Of a DNA stretch of 64,000 nucleotides, positions 19,092-30,500 are shown in pieces. The stretch lies in assembly GCA_051251855.1 (NCBI GenBank), contig JBPOGI010000006.1:192001-256000 (forward strand), in the 5' to 3' direction. Below the pieces are notes generated by a model, which saw only the letters and a program-made list of their open reading frames with translations, was not told the DNA's origin and did no database searches. This stretch comes from Roseibacillus sp. (lineage in GTDB: Bacteria; Verrucomicrobiota; Verrucomicrobiia; Verrucomicrobiales; Akkermansiaceae). A program made the translations under genes and the position numbers. Within the stretch, counting starts at the first letter, position 1. Every line of letters begins with the position of its first letter.

Positions 19092-21137
19092 TTAAAAGGT
19101 GTAGCGGGTAGTTAGGGTGGCGCCGAAGCCGGGTTCGTTGAGGCCGGAACCGTGGATGCGGTAGTCTTCGTCAGTGAGGTTTTGGAGCGAGAAAGTAAAG
19201 TCGAGGTTTTCGGTGGCTTGCCATCCGGCGGCGAGGCTAGCGGTAACGTAGGAAGGAGTGCCTCCGGGTGGGATGCGCTGGGTGTCGCCTCGATCACCCT
19301 CGGAGAGTCGGTTGGCACGAGCGGCGGCGATAAGGCGCGCTTCGGCCCACCAGAGGTTGTTTGGTTCGTAGCGGAGAGCAAGGGAGCCGCGCAAGGGAGA
19401 GAGGCGAGAGACGGGTTCGGTGATGGAGTCGCTGCTGCCAATGAAGGCGGGGCGTTCGGCGTCGCCGTATTGATAGGTGAGGAATCCGGAGAGGGTGAGG
19501 CAGTCGGTGAAGTGGTAGGAGGCTTCTGCTTCGAGGCCTGCAATCCAAGCGTCAGAGCCGTTGGTGGTAATGACGGTAGAGCTACCAGAGGTCTCGGGGA
19601 TGCCGATGATGAGGTCGTCCACGAGGGTGTAGAAGGCGGTGGCTTCGAGCGAAAAGCGGTCGCTGCGGGCGCGGGTGCCGAGCTCGAAGGTGATCGTTTT
19701 CTCGGGGTCGAGGTCGAGACTGCCGAGGGAGGTGAGTCCGCTGCGGGAGGTGACGTTGCCAGAGAGGTCGTTGACGTTGGGGGCGCGAAAGCCTTGGGAG
19801 ACTCCACCGAAGAGAGTCCACGTTTCGTCGAGGTGGAAGAGGGCGCGAGCGTTGAAGACGAGGGCATTCCAGTCGTCGCTGGCGGAGAGGTCGTCGGTGC
19901 CGTTCCAGACTTTGCCGAGGTCGGCCTCGGCGTAGGTGTAGCGCAGCCCGGCGGTGGTCTCGAAGCGGTCGCTCCAAGGGCGACGGGCTTGAGCAAAGAG
20001 GCCGAGGGAGCGGTATTCGGAGTTGTCGGCGAGGGGGCGGCGGGAGCGCGGGTCGCGCCCGGTGCGGGTGCCTTCGGAGTCGATTTGGTCTTGGTAGTAG
20101 TCGAGCCCGTAGACGAGCTGGGAGCCGATGAGTTCGGATTCGGCGACGAGGCTGAGGCCGTAGGTGCGGGTGTCGATATTTTGGCTACGGATGTCAGTGG
20201 CGCTGCGGTCTTGGAACTCGGAGTCTTGTGAAGTTTGGTAAGAGAGGGTGGCGGTGTAGCGGTCGATGGGTCCAGTGAGTAGTTCGTGTTCCAGTTTGAG
20301 GTAAGTGAGGCTGCGTTCTTGGTCGTAGGTGCGGGCGTTGAAGGTGCCGGGAGCGAGGCCCTCCCAGCCGCCGGGGTTGGCGAGGGTGGAGTGCCAGCGG
20401 TTGACGTTATCTTGATTGAGTTGCTGGTGAGCGAGGGTGAGGTGAAGGTTGTCGGCGAGGGCGTATTCCAGTTTGGCATCGAAGTTCTGCTCGGGGTAAC
20501 CGGTGCCGTTCATGCGTCCGTATGCATTGGAGCGCACGTCGCCGAATTCCTTCCAGGTGCCGCCGAGGGTGAGGCCCCACTTTTCCCCTTCGCCGAGGCT
20601 GTACTCGATGCGGCCGAGTTGGGAGTGGGAATTGGTGTCGTAGCGGTAGATGGCTTTTCCTTTTTGGAAGAATCCAGTTTCGTTTTGGTAGCCAGATCCG
20701 ACTGAGAGGGCGTTGACGGTGCCGCCGAGGGCGTCGCTGCCGTAGAGGACAGAGCCTTGGCTTTTGACGAGTTCCAATTGGTCGAGTCCGAAGCCATCAA
20801 TGGTGTTGGCGTATTGGACGGGGCCGGAGCGGAAGGTGGAGTTGTTGAGGCGGATGCCATCGACGAGGTAAAGATTTTGGCGACCAGTGAAGCCGCGAAT
20901 AAAGGGAGAACCGTGGCCGTGAGTGGTTTTTTGCACAGAAACGCCCGGGGTAAGCGCGAGAGCTTCGGGGACGGTGCGGAAGCCTTGTTCGAGAAAGTTC
21001 TCGGCGGTAATGACTTCGGTAAGTTGAGGGGAGTCGTCGCTCTGCTCTTCTAGGCGGGAGGCGGTGACCACGGTTTCTTCGAGGATGGTTTGGGCGGAAA
21101 GAGAGAACGGGAGAATGAGAAGGGCAGTTGCTCGCAT
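19092..21137 (-). CDS. TonB-dependent receptor
   Basis: ETVVTASR TonB box, IRGF, GSVLYGSDALGGTVN plug, NLTDEDY and a terminal Phe. Confidence 0.93.
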   Translation of the reverse strand: MRATALLILPFSLSAQTILEETVVTASRLEEQSDDSPQLTEVITAENFLEQGFRTVPEALALTPGVSVQKTTHGHGSPFIRGFTGRQNLYLVDGIRLNNSTFRSGPVQYANTIDGFGLDQLELVKSQGSVLYGSDALGGTVNALSVGSGYQNETGFFQKGKAIYRYDTNSHSQLGRIEYSLGEGEKWGLTLGGTWKEFGDVRSNAYGRMNGTGYPEQNFDAKLEYALADNLHLTLAHQQLNQDNVNRWHSTLANPGGWEGLAPGTFNARTYDQERSLTYLKLEHELLTGPIDRYTATLSYQTSQDSEFQDRSATDIRSQNIDTRTYGLSLVAESELIGSQLVYGLDYYQDQIDSEGTRTGRDPRSRRPLADNSEYRSLGLFAQARRPWSDRFETTAGLRYTYAEADLGKVWNGTDDLSASDDWNALVFNARALFHLDETWTLFGGVSQGFRAPNVNDLSGNVTSRSGLTSLGSLDLDPEKTITFELGTRARSDRFSLEATAFYTLVDDLIIGIPETSGSSTVITTNGSDAWIAGLEAEASYHFTDCLTLSGFLTYQYGDAERPAFIGSSDSITEPVSRLSPLRGSLALRYEPNNLWWAEARLIAAARANRLSEGDRGDTQRIPPGGTPSYVTASLAAGWQATENLDFTFSLQNLTDEDYRIHGSGLNEPGFGATLTTRYTF

Positions 21138-21323
21138 CGGGCAGGTATACGGTTAGAGGGAGGAGCTTCTTTGAAGAAAATAGCCGAGGCTAGGCTTTTC
21201 TTTAGCGGTGAATTGAGACCGAGGGGAGTGTCGGCGCGCTACTGCGAGAGGGGAATTCTCGCGGAATGGTTGCTTTGAGTCAGCACTCGCCTAAGAGGTT
21301 GTTCAGTGGTAAGGCCGTGTCAG

Positions 21324-22130
21324 ATGCAGGGATTTGAATATGCGGTGCTGGGGGCAAGTTTGTTGCTTTCGGTTGGCTTGCTGCTTGTGTGTTTGTTGCT
21401 TTTTTCGTTTCGAAAGTCTTGGGCGACACAGCCGGGGCGGCATGTGGGGGTGGTAGAGACGCGCCATTTGGGTTGGATTGACATGGCGGGCGTGGGTTTG
21501 ATTTTCGCGATTTATCTCGGGAATTGGATTGATCAGGGGCGGATTCGAAATCCCGAAGTACTGACATATGGGCTGTTAGCTTCGCAGCTGGTCTTGCAAT
21601 TGGGCTTTGTAGGCGTAGTGCTGGGTGTGCTTTATCGGAGGGTGAATTTGGTGTCTTTCTGGGGGCTGAAGCCCGGACGTTACTGGTGGGTAATAGGGGT
21701 GACCCTTACGGGGCTCGTGGGCTACTTTGTTTTCCTAGAGGGTTTGTGGGCCTTTGGATTCGAGGATTGGGCTGCGAGTGCGTTTTTTCGCATCGTGACC
21801 ATGCCTGCGGCAGGAGGCTTGGAGACAGGAGTGGGCTTTTGGGTATTGTGGGGTTTGATTACGGTGGTGGCTGCTCCGGTGATGGAGGAGGTGGTATTTC
21901 GAGGTTATCTCTATCCTGTGCTTAAGCGGATGGGAGGCGCTTGGTTGGCGGCGCTAACGGTGTCAGTATTCTTTGCGGCTGCTCACTTGGAGGGAAGTTA
22001 TTTGCTGGGAAGGTTCGTGCTGAGTCTGATTTTGATTGCGGCCTATGAGTTGACGGGATCGCTGTGGGCTCCGCTCGGGATTCATTTTTTGAACAATGCC
22101 TACGTGTTTTCGGGTAACTTTGTGGAGTGA
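21324..22130 (+). CDS. CPBP family intramembrane glutamic endopeptidase (CAAX-protease-like)
   Basis: APVMEEVVFRG, FAAAH and HFLNN motifs with multiple transmembrane segments. Confidence 0.88.
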   Translation: MQGFEYAVLGASLLLSVGLLLVCLLLFSFRKSWATQPGRHVGVVETRHLGWIDMAGVGLIFAIYLGNWIDQGRIRNPEVLTYGLLASQLVLQLGFVGVVLGVLYRRVNLVSFWGLKPGRYWWVIGVTLTGLVGYFVFLEGLWAFGFEDWAASAFFRIVTMPAAGGLETGVGFWVLWGLITVVAAPVMEEVVFRGYLYPVLKRMGGAWLAALTVSVFFAAAHLEGSYLLGRFVLSLILIAAYELTGSLWAPLGIHFLNNAYVFSGNFVE

Positions 22131-23029
22131 TGGCTGACTGGAGCAAAAGTGAGACCCTGAAAAACCTCGGTGAGGAGGAAGTGGTGCGCCGTTTGGTGGC
22201 GGGTTTGACTCAGGGGAGTCGGGTCTTGGTGGGGCCGGGAGATGATTGCGCAGTGGTCGATAATGGGGGAGAAGAATTGGTCTTGTTGAAGACCGATGCG
22301 GTGGTGGCTGGGGTGCATTTTTTGCAAGAGACCGACTCGAAGCGCGTGGGTTGGAAGGCCGCTGCGCGGGTGGTCAGCGATTTTGGAGCCATGGGAGGTG
22401 AGGCCTGCGAGTTGATGGTGACGCTGGCGGCGGCGGGGGAGACTTCGATAAGTTGGGTGGAGGGATTGTATCAAGGGATAGCTCACTGCGCGGAGGAATA
22501 TGGGGCGAGTATTGTAGGTGGTGAGACGGTGGGGTTGCCGTCGGGGAGTGCGACGATGGTGAGTATCTCAGGGATGGGGAAGGTGGCGCGGGAGAGCTAT
22601 GTGACGCGCGCGGGTGGATGCGCGGGGAATGGGCTGTGGGTGACGGGACGATTGGGAGGAAGCTTTGAAAGTGAGCGTCACTTGGACTTTGTGCCTCGGG
22701 TCCGAGAGGGAAAGTGGTTGGCGAAGCATGCGCGAGCGATGATGGATTTGTCGGATGGGTTGCGAAGGGACTTGCCGCGTCTGGCACGAGCGAGTGGGTG
22801 TGGATTTGCGTTAGAGGCAGATCGCTTGCCTTGTCACGAAGGGTGTTCGGTGGCGCAGGCATTGGGTGACGGAGAGGACATGGAACTCCTCTTTGCTGCT
22901 GAGGAGGGAGAGTGGGTGGCGGAGTTTCGGCGCGCTTTTCCAGAGGTGGAGTTGACGCGGATTGGTTTTTTGGCAAAAGAGGGAGAAGGAGATTTGGGCA
23001 CGGAAGGGTGGCAACACTTTTCGAAGTAG
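22130..23029 (+). CDS. thiL: Thiamine-monophosphate kinase
   Basis: GPGDDCA, GVHF, SDFGAMGG, AMMDLSDGL and GEDMELLF. Confidence 0.92.
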   Translation: MADWSKSETLKNLGEEEVVRRLVAGLTQGSRVLVGPGDDCAVVDNGGEELVLLKTDAVVAGVHFLQETDSKRVGWKAAARVVSDFGAMGGEACELMVTLAAAGETSISWVEGLYQGIAHCAEEYGASIVGGETVGLPSGSATMVSISGMGKVARESYVTRAGGCAGNGLWVTGRLGGSFESERHLDFVPRVREGKWLAKHARAMMDLSDGLRRDLPRLARASGCGFALEADRLPCHEGCSVAQALGDGEDMELLFAAEEGEWVAEFRRAFPEVELTRIGFLAKEGEGDLGTEGWQHFSK

Positions 23030-23035
23030 ATTGAA

Positions 23036-24289
23036 ATGATGGAAGGTCGTGAAAAATTAAACCGCATGCGTCTCTTGGCGACAGGGCTTCTGGTGTTGAT
23101 GGTGATTACCTACGGGGTTTCTCGTAGCTTGGAGGAGACGATGTCGGCGTGGGCGTGGGTAAGAGCGTTTTCGGAAGCAGCGATGGTGGGGGCGTTGGCG
23201 GACTGGTTCGCGGTGACGGCGCTCTTTCGGCACCCTTTGGGTCTTCCTATTCCGCATACCGCGATTGTGAAAAAGGAGAAGAAGCGGATTGGAAATTTAG
23301 TGGGTCAGTTTGTTCGTGGGAGCTTTTTTACAAGGGAAGAAGTGAGTCGGCAGTGGAAGGATTGGAAGCCGGTGGAACGATTGGCGGGTTGGCTGCGGGA
23401 GGAGGAGAATGCCGAGAAGTCGGTGCAACGGGTGGCGGGTGCACTGCCGAGCCTGATGGCAAAGACGGACGGGATGGAGTTGTCGCGTCTAGGTGGGGAG
23501 AAAGTGCGGGAGGGGTTGCAACAGTTGCCGGTAGGTCGTCTCGTGTCGGTCTTGTTGAAAGGTTTTTTGCGGAGTCCCTCTCGTCGGGAGGTTTTGGCTC
23601 CGGTATTGGGCCGTTTGAGTCTGACTGTGTCCGAGAACCGAGATTGGGTGATGGATGAGGCGCGCAAAGGGGCCCCGATGCGAGGGGCGAAGATTTTGGG
23701 AGCGGTGACCGAGGTGGCGGCGATGATGATGTCGGGCAAGGCGGTCGAAAAGCTGTCCACGGAGTTGGAAGCGGCTAGTAAAGACGAGGAGCATCCTCTC
23801 TTTACAAAGATCGAAGAGGCTCTTGGGCAGACTTTGCAGGAATTGGAAGATGGAGAAGGTGGCGAGTGGGAGGCCTTTAAGGAGCGAGTGTTGTCAGACC
23901 CAGAGACGCAGGCGGTGTTGGAGGAAGTGATTCGAGGGGTGGGTCGCTATGTTTTAGCCGAGGCGGAGTCCTTGGAGTCGGGGGGAGACGGGGGGCGCTG
24001 GAGCGAAATGATTTCGGGGGTGGCTCAGCGCTTGGTTGAAGACCCTGAGAAGTTGGCGAATTTGGAGGCTACGGTTGAAAATGGAGTGTCCGGATTCTTT
24101 GAGCGTTACGGCGAGGGGATTGAGCAGATTATCAGCCGCACAGTGGATAGCTGGGAAGCGGATGATTTAATTGAGCGTCTGGAGACGCAGGTGGGACCCG
24201 ATTTACAGTTTATTCGTATCAATGGAACTTTGATAGGTGGATGCGTGGGGTTGTTATTACACGGGGTAGGGATTTTGATTTGGGGGTGA
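23036..24289 (+). CDS. DUF445 family membrane protein
   Basis: EAAMVGALADWFAVTALFRHPLGLPIPHTAI and VGPDLQFIRINGTLIGG. Confidence 0.93.
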   Translation: MMEGREKLNRMRLLATGLLVLMVITYGVSRSLEETMSAWAWVRAFSEAAMVGALADWFAVTALFRHPLGLPIPHTAIVKKEKKRIGNLVGQFVRGSFFTREEVSRQWKDWKPVERLAGWLREEENAEKSVQRVAGALPSLMAKTDGMELSRLGGEKVREGLQQLPVGRLVSVLLKGFLRSPSRREVLAPVLGRLSLTVSENRDWVMDEARKGAPMRGAKILGAVTEVAAMMMSGKAVEKLSTELEAASKDEEHPLFTKIEEALGQTLQELEDGEGGEWEAFKERVLSDPETQAVLEEVIRGVGRYVLAEAESLESGGDGGRWSEMISGVAQRLVEDPEKLANLEATVENGVSGFFERYGEGIEQIISRTVDSWEADDLIERLETQVGPDLQFIRINGTLIGGCVGLLLHGVGILIWG

Positions 24290-24302
24290 AGTTTTCGTTC
24301 CG

Positions 24303-26756
24303 CTAGTTTTTTGGTAATTCAAGCGACCAGACTTGGTTGGGGGAGTGGGCGTGTTCCCAGGTGTGAATGCCGGCGCTGTCTGAGTAGCTGATTTCTGCGA
24401 CGTCGAGGAGTTTGCCGGTGGCGGTGTTTTCGAGGTGGAACCAGGTGCCGACGATGTGTTTAGGGGCCCACTGTTGGCGGGGGTTGGTGGGGTCGAGGTC
24501 TTGTAGGTTGACGGCGGGGTTTTCGGCGCTGATGACGGTGAGGGCTTGCTCTCCGTTTTTGATGAGGTAGTGGCCGTTTTCGAGTTTTTGGAAGGTCCAG
24601 TGTTGGTTGCGGTTGGAGTGTTCGGCGTATTGCATGACGTCGTTGCCGCGGGCGGTGAGGAGGCGGCCAGAGTGTTTGGCGCGTAGGGTGTATTCCTTTT
24701 GTTCGTGGATTTTTCCGGGTTCGCCTGAGGGGGGAGTGAATTCAGTCCCTTCGGGATAGAACTCGATGGCGATGCCGCCTCCATTGGCGAAGGTGATGGG
24801 GAGAGAGTCGGTGGAGATGACGAGGGATTGTTTGATGGAGAGAGAGTAGGGGTTTTCGCGGAAATCGGATTGGTCGGTATCGTGATAGATGACGGCGTGG
24901 TATTTTTTGTCGTCGGCGAGGAAGTCGAGGGGGAGGTTGAGGTCGCGCGCTTCTTCGTTGTTGATGCCGCCGAGGAACCAGTTGTCGCCATGACGTCGGG
25001 CGGTGATGACGTAGTCGCCAATCTCGGAGGCGAGGACTTGGGTTTCGTCCCATTTGCCGACGGGGATGTTGCGGATGAATTGGGTGGCGGGTTCAGTGTC
25101 GTAGGCTTGATAGAAATCGGCAGCCATGACGAGAGGGCTGTAGAGAACAACCATGAGACCTAATTGCTGGGAGCGGGTGCCGAAGCGTTTGTCTGTGGTG
25201 TAGGCTCCGTCAAACAGGGCGGGGGTGTAGTCCATGGGGCCGCCTAACATACGGGTGAAGGGGAGGGTGCAGGTCTGGCTGGGTGGGTTGCCGATGAAGT
25301 GATTGAACTCGCCGCCGCGTGCGCCTTCGCGAGCGACGAAATTGGGCCAAGTGCGAGAGATGCCGGTGGCTTTAATGGGCTCGTGGGCGCTGATCATGAT
25401 TTTGTGTTCGGCGGCCATCTCGATCACTTTCTGGTGATGGCGAATGGAAAATTGTCCGTGGTGGTGTTCGCGGCCTTTCTCGGTAAGCTCGGGGGTGTAG
25501 AGGGGGATGTCGCCGCTGACGTAGCCGGTCTTGATGCGGTTGATGCCGTATTTTTGATAATACTCGAAGGCGGCGGGGAGTTGCTTTTCGTAGTTGGTGA
25601 GGTTGCCTCCGGTTTCGTGATGGCCGACAAGGGTGACTCCTTTCTCGCGGCCATAGTCAGTGACCTTTTTGATGTCAAAGTCAGGGTAGGTGTCGGTCAT
25701 GCTCATGTCGCCCCAGCCTGGGATGTCGCCTTCCCAACCTTCGTTCCATCCTTCGATGAGGAGGCAAGGGATGTTGTTGCGGACACAGGCGTCGATGTAG
25801 CGAAAGGCACGCTCGGTGGTAGCACCGTGCTTGTCGGCGTCTTTCTCGAGCTCCCAATTCCAGGTGCCAGAGATGCAGCCCCACCAGATGCCCATGAATT
25901 TGGCGGGTTCGATCCAGCTGGTATCCTCAATTTCGCAGGGGTCGTTGAGATTGAGGATGAGGGAAGACTCGATGAGGTCACCGGGGGTTTCTCCGATTTG
26001 AATGGTGCGCCAAGGAGAGAAGTGAGGAGTCTGGGCTTTGACTTTGATATCGGATTCGAACCAGGGAACGAGGTCGGCTTGGAGTGAGAATTCGGCGGCA
26101 CCTTCGGCACGCTTGAGCTTCATGCCTGCCCAGTCAGTGAGGTCGGCTTCGTGGAAAGAAAGGTAAGTTCCTTCTTCGGTGCGCATGGTGACAGGAGTGG
26201 AGGCTCCACGTTCCGCGCAGTCAGTGAGCGGGCTCTCGCTATAGTCACGTTCGTAAGTGTCGGGCAGGGCTTCGACCCACCAGGTTTTGTGGTTCCCCGC
26301 GAGATTGAAAGTGGTGAGTTCGTCGGTGATTTGGAATTCGTTGAGCTTGGGCTGCTTGGGAAATTGGTAGCGAAAGGCGATGCCATCGTCGTAGGCACGG
26401 AAAGTGAGATTGAGTCGGCGAAAGGGCTCTTCGGTTTCGCGAAGGAGGAGTTGGAGTTGGTTGGCGTGGTTGCGGATGTTGGCGTGCTGGCCCCAGACGG
26501 GTTGCCAAGTTTCGTCGATGGTGGTGGAACTGGATTCGAGGATTTCGAAGGGGCCGTCGAGCGCGGGGGCATCCTTGAGGATGAAGCCGAGACGAGAGGG
26601 AGTGATGAGAGTTTGGTCTCCTTTTTTGACTTGGTATTGGAGTTTCTTGGTGCCCGAGTCGAGTTCGATCACAATGGAATTATCAGGGGACTGCAGGGTT
26701 TCTTTTTGGCCAAAAAGTGAGAAGGAAAGAGAGAGAAGGAGAGTTATGACTTTCAT
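24303..26756 (-). CDS. GH97 glycoside hydrolase with a C-terminal ricin-B lectin domain
   Basis: RAYDDGIAFRY, DTSWIEP, GIWW, LIEGWNEGW, HHET, KTGYV and GPMDYTP; QxW repeats at the C-terminus. Confidence 0.9.
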   Translation of the reverse strand: MKVITLLLSLSFSLFGQKETLQSPDNSIVIELDSGTKKLQYQVKKGDQTLITPSRLGFILKDAPALDGPFEILESSSTTIDETWQPVWGQHANIRNHANQLQLLLRETEEPFRRLNLTFRAYDDGIAFRYQFPKQPKLNEFQITDELTTFNLAGNHKTWWVEALPDTYERDYSESPLTDCAERGASTPVTMRTEEGTYLSFHEADLTDWAGMKLKRAEGAAEFSLQADLVPWFESDIKVKAQTPHFSPWRTIQIGETPGDLIESSLILNLNDPCEIEDTSWIEPAKFMGIWWGCISGTWNWELEKDADKHGATTERAFRYIDACVRNNIPCLLIEGWNEGWEGDIPGWGDMSMTDTYPDFDIKKVTDYGREKGVTLVGHHETGGNLTNYEKQLPAAFEYYQKYGINRIKTGYVSGDIPLYTPELTEKGREHHHGQFSIRHHQKVIEMAAEHKIMISAHEPIKATGISRTWPNFVAREGARGGEFNHFIGNPPSQTCTLPFTRMLGGPMDYTPALFDGAYTTDKRFGTRSQQLGLMVVLYSPLVMAADFYQAYDTEPATQFIRNIPVGKWDETQVLASEIGDYVITARRHGDNWFLGGINNEEARDLNLPLDFLADDKKYHAVIYHDTDQSDFRENPYSLSIKQSLVISTDSLPITFANGGGIAIEFYPEGTEFTPPSGEPGKIHEQKEYTLRAKHSGRLLTARGNDVMQYAEHSNRNQHWTFQKLENGHYLIKNGEQALTVISAENPAVNLQDLDPTNPRQQWAPKHIVGTWFHLENTATGKLLDVAEISYSDSAGIHTWEHAHSPNQVWSLELPKN

Positions 26757-26827
26757 CGCAAAGAGGTTCGTGAACTTGAGCTACAACTAAAGGTAGTTTT
26801 GAGGAATTTGGTTTATGGGAGAAATAG

Positions 26828-26856
26828 AAAAAGCGGACCCTTTCGGATCCGCTTTT
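26828..26856. terminator. Intrinsic terminator (bidirectional form) after the PEP-CTERM gene
   Basis: AAAAGCGGA-N10-TCCGCTTTT. Confidence 0.75.
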
Positions 26857-26903
26857 GAAAGTATTGGAGCTGACTCTTTCTAGAGAAGAAAGAGCCGTTC
26901 TCA

Positions 26904-27503
26904 CTAGGCACGTCGGCGGCGAAGGAGAGATAGGAGCCCTAGGCCGCCAAGAAGAGCGGCAGAGGGTTCGGGAATGACGGTGAAGTCAGCAGTGAAGGGA
27001 CCGAAGGGGTGTATTCCATCCGATGAGCCAGCTTCGTAACGAACAGTCAGGGTGTGGTCACCATTGGCAAGACCGGCGAGTAAGTCAGCAGTGCTGCCTT
27101 CGCTATACCAGCGTTGGTCGCCTGCGCTGCCATTGACGTTGTCTTCATTGAAAAGGAGTCCGACCGAAGTTTCGGTGCCGCCGTTAACGGAGTAAAAAAT
27201 GGTTGTTCCGAAGATGTCGCTCAGCCCATTCTTATAGGTGAGAAGGCCACCCCCGCCGATTGTGAGACTATCACCACTAGCAGGGTCGAAGTCGCCAAGG
27301 TCAAGCCCGCCAAGTCCAACTGAGTTTTGGGCTGGGCTTAGGCCTGCGGGTTCGTGACGTGAATCTCCTAGGAGATTCGTTTGATAGAGTGTTAACGTAC
27401 CGTTGTTGGTGAGCACTGTGCCTGTTCCGAAAATCCCCGAGGCGGAGAATGCGAAGGAACTCGAAAGTAGAAGAGCACTTAAAGTGAGTGGTTGTAGTTT
27501 CAT
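26904..27503 (-). CDS. PEP-CTERM sorting-domain protein
   Basis: Signal peptide and C-terminal VIPEPSAALLGGLGLLSLLRRRRA. Confidence 0.92.
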   Translation of the reverse strand: MKLQPLTLSALLLSSSFAFSASGIFGTGTVLTNNGTLTLYQTNLLGDSRHEPAGLSPAQNSVGLGGLDLGDFDPASGDSLTIGGGGLLTYKNGLSDIFGTTIFYSVNGGTETSVGLLFNEDNVNGSAGDQRWYSEGSTADLLAGLANGDHTLTVRYEAGSSDGIHPFGPFTADFTVIPEPSAALLGGLGLLSLLRRRRA

Positions 27504-27535
27504 AGGTGTTTTGTCGTTTTTTTTGGGGGAGAATG

Positions 27536-30500
27536 TTATTGGGCTACTCCTGCGGCAATGCGATAGAAGCCTTTGCTTCCGGAAACGGTGACCAAAATGT
27601 TTTCTGTTACCCCACCGGCATTGAAGGTTGAGCCTGCAACGTCGGTAAAGGCAGTAGCGAGGTCTGGTGAGAACTCGACATGATAGTCGTTACCCGAAAT
27701 CAAATTTCCTGCGGTCAAAGTAAGATTGGAGCCTGAGAGCGAGCAGTCAATAATGGAAATACCGGAATTTTGTGTGGGAACGTTAATAGTAAAGCACTGG
27801 TCGTCAGAGATTGCTGAGAGATCGATGACATCGGTTTGGGAGAGGTTGGGTGTTCCGACTCCGACTCCGTTGAGGTCCTCGGGCAATGAACCGAGGAATT
27901 GATTAGAGGTGAAGGTGAGGTTGGAATTGGTCACAAAGGCCATAGCCTTGATGTTGCCGCCTGAGGGGGACCCAATATCAGCAAGGTCGATGCAAACTTC
28001 GAAGCCCGCGCGAACGGCTTGCGCGGCGACGGGATCAGCCGCACCCGTGCCTCCGGTGATGCCTGCTTGATTCAGATTGAAGTAGCCCACTCCAATGGGA
28101 TTGGGGGTCAGGGCGCCGCTATTGGGTGTTCCAGTATCGGCGAATCCTTCTTGGCTGCCCCCAAAGATGTCGTTGAAGGAAGCAAACTGGCCCGTTGCGA
28201 GGTTGGAGATATCCATGTCGAGCTGATTGGTAGATCCGAATCCACGACGAACAATGAGGTGGTAGTCGGGTGCAAAGCCGGTATCGAAGGTGAGACCGTT
28301 CATGACGCCCGAGCCATCGTTACCAGCAGCGGTGAGAACGTTGGTGCTCACGGCTGAAGTTGAGTCGATGAAGATGTTCAACTTGTTGAAGTTTCCTTCG
28401 ATATTTCCGGTGAGCATCAAGAAGAGTTTCCCATTTTGAACGCCCGCATAGGCCGCATTGAGCTCGGAGAAATTATCGCCAAACTCAGTTTGGATGCCTT
28501 GCACGGAAATGGCGGGACCGTAGAGGTCTTCGCGGTAGCCGTTGCAAAGAAGAGTGGTAGAGGTGGCGGGGGTCGATGCGATATCGGTTGGATCGCTTCC
28601 GAGGCTGACTTCAAAACCATCGTCCAGTCCGTCGAGGTCGGTATCGACCACCAGGGGATCGGTGCCGGTATTGTTGCCGTCGACGAAGTTGTTGTCGTTG
28701 GTCTCCCAATCATCGTTCAAGCCATCGCCATCTGTATCGAGGAGGCAAGGGTTGGTGCCGTTGGCGACTTCGATATTGTCGTCGAGGGTGTCGCCATCAG
28801 TGTCTTCGGCGAGGGGGTTGGTGCCGAGGGTTTGCTCGGTGCCATTGTCCAAGGTGTCGGTATCGTCGTTAGCGGTCGATGAGGTGAGGGTCGTCAGGTC
28901 GCCAGCGAAGGTTTGTTCGAAGGTGTCGCGGAGGCCGTCCCCATCGCTGTCGGTGGGTGTGGTGGTGTCGAGTGCTCCCCAGGTGGTCGTGATGACGAGG
29001 TTATCCCACTCAATCGCTCCCGAGCCACCTGAGATAAAGCGGATGGCTGAAGGGGTGAGGTTGGCGGGGTTGTTCGGAATGAGGTCGGCGTCGCCGAAGG
29101 CGGGCTCGGCCAAAGTGAGGTCAGGGTCGATGAACAACTTTGCAGTAGCGGATCCACTATCTTCGCCAATAGCGCCGACCAAGGTATAGGTTTGGCCGTC
29201 GATAGGTGCTTGAACAGTATCGTTCACTCCGCCGGGCTCTTCGATGCCGAGCATTTGGTCGAGACCAGAGACACCGAAGAACATTTGCTCGGCTCCATTC
29301 CGGAAGAAGCTGAGGCCCGCGTAGGTGACGCCAGTTTGATAGGTCATGTCGACGCGGAAGTAGATTTTCTTGTTAGAGGCATCGGCGAGGTCGCCGAACT
29401 GGCTAATCGCTTCGCCACCTGCGATGGGGCCTGCGAGGGAGCGGTAGGCAGTGGAATTGTTCTCGGTGATGAGTTTCCCGCAAACGACTTGTGAGTTTCC
29501 GAACCATGCGCTTTGGTCGTTCAAGTGTCCGATAAAGGCGTCGTTGGTGGTAGAGTTATCATAGTCGAAAAACTCTCCTCCAGCGGCGTTGTCGAGGGTC
29601 CCGAGAGGGTAGTCGAAATAATCGATCCCCACGACATCAGCATTGGCTGTGGAGGGACTGCTAGCAGCCGAGCTGGGGTCGGTGCCGGCGGCGACTTCGG
29701 AAAGATCGTTTGCGCCGTCGCTATCGGTGTCGGGCTTATTTGGGTCGCTGCCAGTATTGTCCGCATCGACGAAGACGAGCGTGCCGGTTTCCACTCCGTC
29801 GCTGAGACCGTCACCATCGGAATCTGGGTTGAGAGGATCGGTTCCGGTATTGGTGGCATCGACGAAAGTTCCTACTGAAGTTCCGTTTCCAGTTTCGTTG
29901 CCATCAAAGATACCGTCGTCGTCGGAATCGGCGTCTTGGGGGTTGGTGCCCCGAGCATATTCTTGGGCGTTGCTAGAGCCATCGAAGTCGGGGTCGCCGA
30001 GTGCGCCATAGGGACCGTCCTTCACACCAGGGGAGCTTTCCCCGATGGTGCCGGGATCGATTTCATCGAGCATGTTGGCAATTTCCCAATCATCGGGGAG
30101 ACCATCACCGTCGGTGTCGGTGCCGTCAAGGACAGTGGTGACATCGGACCAAGTGGTTCCAAAGCGGATTTCGTCGAGGATAAAGCCGTTGCCGGTCGTT
30201 CCTCCACCGCCGTCGGGGGTTCCATTGTTGAAGCGAGCGACCGACACGCGGTCGATCTGGAGATCGAATCCGCTCAAAGTGGCGTCAGCGGTGCCGGAAG
30301 CCGACTCACTCCCCAAGCTACTGGGATTGCGCCAAATGGAGATGGCGTCAGCGCCTCCGGTGGTACTGAAGGTGATTTTGCCCACGAAGAGATTGACGTT
30401 GAGGTCGGGGGCTCCGAGGTCGGCTGAGAAATTGGCGGTATCTTCAAGAAGGCGAAGCCCGAAATTGGCGTCGTTGGCAGCGGTGCCCGGCTCACCCGTC

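Noticed and set aside
19112..20479. Long alternative-frame ORFs over the TonB receptor (similar cases at 4099-4971, 44248-45243, 48248-49342 and 58064-59104)
   Set aside because: Low-complexity shadow frames of well-supported genes in GC-biased DNA.
21138..21323. Riboswitch upstream of the TonB receptor or thiL
   Set aside because: No recognisable cobalamin or TPP riboswitch consensus by eye.
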